A stretch of 64,000 nucleotides of DNA from Eledone cirrhosa (taxonomy: Eukaryota): NCBI GenBank assembly GCA_964016885.1, contig OZ024740.1, positions 402,442,001 to 402,506,000 on the forward strand, written 5' to 3'. Below the pieces are notes generated by a model. That model did not search any database. It was given only the letters and a program-made list of their open reading frames with translations, and was not told where the DNA came from. The position numbers and the translations under genes are program-made. Below, piece after piece: positions 59,205 through 64,000 of this stretch; position 1 is the first letter of the stretch; each line of letters begins with the position of its first letter.

Positions 59205-60135
59205 ATATGATAATAAGGGCGCTGCGGAGTTGCAAATGGGTTACATATGAAAAAAGTTTGTCCTTCATTAGTGATCTTCCAACTATCATAGGTATTTCAT
59301 CGCTTTAAAAACCATATACCTCCGGTTGGTGCGAGCAACGGCTAAAAAAAGTCGTTGGGACACGTAAATAAAGGGGACGCGAGGGTAAACAAACAAAATG
59401 GTGAGGCAACAGAAAGCCGTTGCTCGCACCAACCGGAGGTATATGGTCTTTAAAGCGATGAAATACCTATGATAGTTGGAAGATCACTGATGAAGGACAA
59501 ACTTTTTGCATATGTAACCCATTTGCAACTCCGCAGCGCCCTTATTATCATATTTACACATATTTTTTCCTCTGCTGCTACACCGTCTTTTTCGTTCTAT
59601 GTATCTTTACCCTTTCTAGCAGTCTCTCTCTCTGTTAGCCTCTTCCTCACCTCACCCTTCACTCACTCATTCTCTGTCACTACCTCTCCTCCTCCTCCTC
59701 TTTCTTCCCGTTTGACCTGTGAGTAACTCTTTTCTCTCACATTCTCGGCCAAGCTGGTCGGAATTTTTTCTCTCGCGTCTACGATTTCACAGAACTTATG
59801 TTTACCGAATTCGCAGACCAGACCCCTTCTTCCTCCCGTTAGACCTGTGCGAAATTCCTTCCTTGCTCACATTTCAACCAGGTTTGATGGTCTTTATTCT
59901 CTCGTTCACGATTTCACCGAACTTAAATTCATAGAAATCTGGGACTTGTTTCCTCCTTCCTCACTTTCTGTTGCCTCACCATTTTGTTTGTTTACCCTCG
60001 CGTCCCCTTTATTTACGTGTCCCAACGACTTTTTTTAGCCGTTGCTCGCACCAACCGGAGGTATATGGTCTTTAAAGCGATGAAATACCTATGATAGTTG
60101 GAAGATCACTGATGAAGGACAAACTTTTTTCATAT
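59205..60135. mobile_element. Non-coding element: inverted 5' segment plus partial tandem (period 622 bp), flanked by (CA)n(TA)n and (TA)n
   Basis: GCCGTTGCTCGCACC...AGGACAAACTTTTT occurs at 59416 and 60038. 59205-59416 is the reverse complement of 59964-60135 and 59416-59553. Confidence 0.9.
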
Positions 60136-60156
60136 ATATATATATATATATATATA

Positions 60157-61640
60157 AACGCGATGGCTGTCTTAACCCGAACGACGTCACACTCACACAA
60201 AAACAGTTGAGCGAATGAAGATTATTGTACAGTTCGCCATCTAACAAAATACAAACAATAACTAACTGTTTCGTGCCTCTTCTTTTTTTCCTGGTCTTAG
60301 ATCCGTACACCATCTTGTCTTTGATTGTTTTGTGATGCATTTTCTGTGTTTCGTGTCTCCGCATGCGTTGGCGCCTAAGTATTTGTGTGTATATGTTTGT
60401 CATATCTATGTATTTTTGTGTATGGGTTCGTACCGTTTTCCATTTTGCTGTTTATGTCTTTTTTTATTCAGTCTTCATACGTTAAGTTGCTGACTGTTAC
60501 TATTCCATTCTTGTTTTCTGTTAAGGCTATGATTATCTACTATTATGTGTGTGGCCTCCATAATTTTTCTGAGTGTTGAAGACTGTTCTATGTTTTGATA
60601 ATCTATATTTCTATGTCACCTCGTATTCCTGATGAGCTTTTTACCTCCTTAAGTTTTCACCAGTGTTCCTTTAATTTCTCCACTATACTACTGGCTGTTT
60701 CTCATATGTATGTTCTTATCTTGTTTGTGCATTGTCCCTCTGTGCATCTTATCCTATAGTCTACATATTAAATTGTGTAGTTTACTTGCATGCTTATCTT
60801 ACAGACTATTAAGTTTATATATATACTGGGATTTTCCTAAAGAGATATGTGTGTCCTACTGATCCAGGATATTATGGTAGCTTCTGTCTTTTCTACTACT
60901 ATAATTCAGTGTTTCATTTTGTCTAAAGTTCTTATAAAACGATAAATTCCTGTATTTTCGGCTGTCATACTAAGAGTATCTTCTTTGCTATTCAAAGAGT
61001 TCTTTCTTTGCTATTCAAAGAATTGCTCATGAACTGCTCATGTATAGTGGACAAATCTCATTCATATCATCCACCATAATTGTTTTGAATTTAGCCATGG
61101 ATCTTTGCACACCCTGTTCGTGTCTCTTTGGTTATAACAAGAGAACCGCATCCAGAATAGGGACGAAAAAAACATAAACAACAACACAACAAACGATACG
61201 CACCCACACACAACACTCATAAACGTGACAAACACAAAAACACATGCACTCACAGACGCAGGCACACAGACGCAGGTACACAGACGCAGCCACACAGACG
61301 TAGGCACACAGAGCCAGGCACACAGACGCAGGCACCAACGGCTGCACAAATACGAATCACGAAAAAACACACAACGAAAGAAAGACAAGATGGAGTAGAA
61401 GTTTAAAAATAGGAACAATAAGTGACATAACACGGATACTGATTAAGGAGGTCTCAGAATGCGTGACGAAAGAATTTTGCCAAACGAATGAACAACAAAC
61501 AATAAAGATAAAAGATACAGGGAAAATTATGTGGTGCCTGCGTTTATCTTTATTGAGAATATTGGCAATATGACCATACTCCAAACATAACAATATCGCT
61601 TTCAACACACGATTTCACATCAAGAATCTTACATTCCAAA
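60157..61640 (-). mobile_element. Older Penelope-like element related to 55112-56636 (decayed GIY-YIG on minus, pLTR-like segment on plus at ~61150-61640)
   Basis: Minus 60560-60780 translates YRIRCTEGQCTNKIRTYI*ETASSIVEKLKEHW. 61560-61630 resembles 56550-56630. AAAGACAAGATGG (61381) is inverted relative to CCATCTTGTCTTT (60310). Confidence 0.75.
61251..61334. repeat. 14-bp minisatellite x6 (CACAGACGCAGGCA)
   Basis: Six consecutive near-identical units. Confidence 0.9.
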
Positions 61641-61649
61641 TACATAACG

Positions 61650-61735
<86 letters not shown>

Positions 61736-62639
61736 TATACAGATACATACTCATACCAAATGTGCTCACTGATACATTCTAGTATATCTAATACATATGT
61801 CAGTAAACCCATGTTGTACCAGTAAAAAGTAAGAATAATTTATCACTTACTACTTTAATTACACATTGGTTCTTTTTCTTTTGTGTCGTTTATTTTTTGG
61901 ACGTCTTTCTCCATTTTTCTTTCTATCATTATATATTCTCTTTTTCTGTATTTTTCTTTATTTTTTATCATATCACCTCCAGATTTTCCATCATTACTCT
62001 TTCCGACATCTGCTTTCCTTCCCACTTAAAGGGCCAGTCTTTTAACACACTGAATGATATTTCCGTGGAAAGAAAAGTCCAAACAACAACACACAACAAA
62101 TGGGATATTTATCACTTTAATAGCTGGCAATGTGATATAGTGATACACATGAGAAACGGTTTTATTTTTTCTTCCTTATTAGTCTTCTCTCGTTTACGTT
62201 CTTCCTTAAACTTTTAATTTACATCGAGTGAAATAAGATGAGAACGGCTGTACAGTAATGTTTCCTTCTAGGTTTGCACACTTCGTCAGTCAATTGAAAG
62301 ATGTCTGTCACCACACGTAAGATAACGCTATCGTGGCGTTATTTAGAAATTCAACAGAAACATCAGTATTACTTGCGCAGCCGATCAATGCTACGTCGGA
62401 TTAAATTGGCAATTTAGAACCAGCTGAAATACCAGATTTCTTTAAAAGAACAAACAAACAAACAATCTAACCTCAACAGCCATTTATTTATATTTTTCAT
62501 GATGCTTGAAATGGGTGGGATTTTGAAAATGAATGACACTATATAAATTAAACATAAACCAAAAACATTTATATAAAACATACATATAAACAAACTAAAC
62601 AAATTAAAAAATAAACTACCAGAAAAACTAACATGTTTT

Positions 62640-62947
62640 CTCCTCCTCCTCCTTCTTCTTCTTCTTTTTCTTCTTCTTCTTCTTCTTCTTCTTCTTCTTC
62701 TTCTTCTTCTTCTTCTTCTTCTTCTTCTTCTTCTTCTTCTTCTTCTTCTTCTTCTTCTTCTTCTTCTTCTTCTTCTTCTTCTTCTCCTCCTCCTCCTCCT
62801 GATCCCCCTTCTTCTTATTCTACTACTTCTTCTTCTCCTACGCCTGATCCCCCCTCTTCTTCTTCTTCTTCTTCTTCTTCTTCTTCTTCTTCTTCTTCTT
62901 CTTCTTCTTCTTCTTCTTCTTCTTCTTCTTCTTCTTCTTCTTCTTCT
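62640..62947. repeat. (TTC)n/(TCC)n microsatellite
   Basis: Long TTC runs interrupted by a duplicated CCTGATCCCCC. The poly-Ser and poly-Arg ORFs are artefacts. Confidence 0.95.
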
Positions 62948-63749
62948 AATCGTAGTAGTAGTAAAACAAAACAACCAAGCTAGATACAGGAGATTAAAAG
63001 ACTAACAAGGCACGTGTCCCGTCTTTTATAAAAGGTATTTTAGTAGGAGGAGATAATAAATTAAATTAATTCTCGTAATTGGCCGAAATATCTTAAACAT
63101 GTGTTGCTCACGTGATTCAGCCTAAATCAAGGAAATAATATGAAATAAAAAAATTACAAAATCATTTACTGTATCCTTTATTCTGACTAGATCAGAGATC
63201 AACGTTTCAGGGAGGGAGTCATTATGCGGTTAAATCAGCATCAATATACCAATGCTACTTAGTCAAATCAATTATGCAGTCTCAATATTGTCACATTTTC
63301 TGCTGGAAATATTAAACTAATGATCTTCAAATCATACCATCCTGAAAATTGGTGAAAATATTGAAAAATGTGCTAATGGGCGGCTGGGTACATCTGGACA
63401 CATTTTATCATGCATAGGTGTGTGGGTGTGTATGTGTGTGTGTGTGTGGGTGTGTGTGTCTGTGTGTGTGTGTGAGTGTGTGCGTATGTAAGTAAGTATT
63501 ATGTATATATGTATGTATATTGTATCCCAGTACAACCTGTCTCATGGTCGGGTCGTTGGCGACTAAACTGGCAACCCCACCAAGTTTACCTGCTGAAGAG
63601 GGTTATTTGGGACACCCTGCAAGACAAAAAACAAAACGTGACAAAGGGTGGAAAAACTCATAAAAGTCAACGGCCATCCAAAAATGTGTAAATATATATA
63701 TGTATGTGTGCATGTGTATATATGTATATATGTGTATGTATATGCGCTG

Positions 63750-64000
63750 GAAAATAGAAATAGTCAGGCTGGATAGCCGATCGCGCGTTTAAACCACTGA
63801 GAGTGAAGGACCCCTAGCCTTTGTCGGGGCATTCTTCTAGGAGAAGACAACTCAGGAAACTGGGATAACTCAGACATAAAACCTGTGGCTCAGTAGTTAC
63901 CGATGATGTTGATCTTTTCTTCTTTTCGAGAGTGGGTTTCGCTCCGTGCACAGTCTTTCCTCACTTTAAAAAATATCTTCACGCACAGGCATTGCTTAAT
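63750..64000 (+). mobile_element. Probable 5' region of an RTE-like LINE (continues past the window)
   Basis: CTAGGAGAAGACAACTC...ATAAAACC motif and homology to 37240-37450. No ORF lies inside the window. Confidence 0.45.

Noticed and set aside
61436-61482. Active hammerhead in the older PLE
   Set aside because: The core reads CTGATTA and stem II is mismatched. It is at most a decayed homologue of the 55276 motif.

Overview
This is eukaryotic, repeat-rich DNA with no recognisable intact host gene. The SINE and microsatellite content looks like a coleoid cephalopod, probably Octopus (inference). Bases 1-~28,950 are one CpG-rich, strand-asymmetric 36-bp minisatellite, (AAA CAT CAT CAC GAC AAC GAC GAC CAC AAC CAC CAC)n. 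It has 1.8-3.2 kb higher-order blocks, each marked by the same 1-bp deletion, and it produces the huge Thr-, His/Asp-, Val- and Cys/Arg-rich ORFs. The remaining 35 kb is AT-rich and microsatellite-dense. It holds tRNA-derived SINEs, a degenerate near-full-length L1/Tx1 LINE (~50.2-55.1 kb), several Penelope-like element (PLE) remnants with GIY-YIG endonuclease and inverted segments, RTE-like 5' ends and a Helitron 3' end. The most interesting pattern is a set of mutually unrelated non-coding elements in (TA)n tracts. They occur as head-to-tail partial tandems with periods of 591, 632, 621 and 622 bp, or as fold-backs. Minimal hammerhead-ribozyme motifs with palindromic stem III lie in or near several of them. 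This suggests a retrozyme-like family mobilised by PLEs. All alignments and folds were done by eye.
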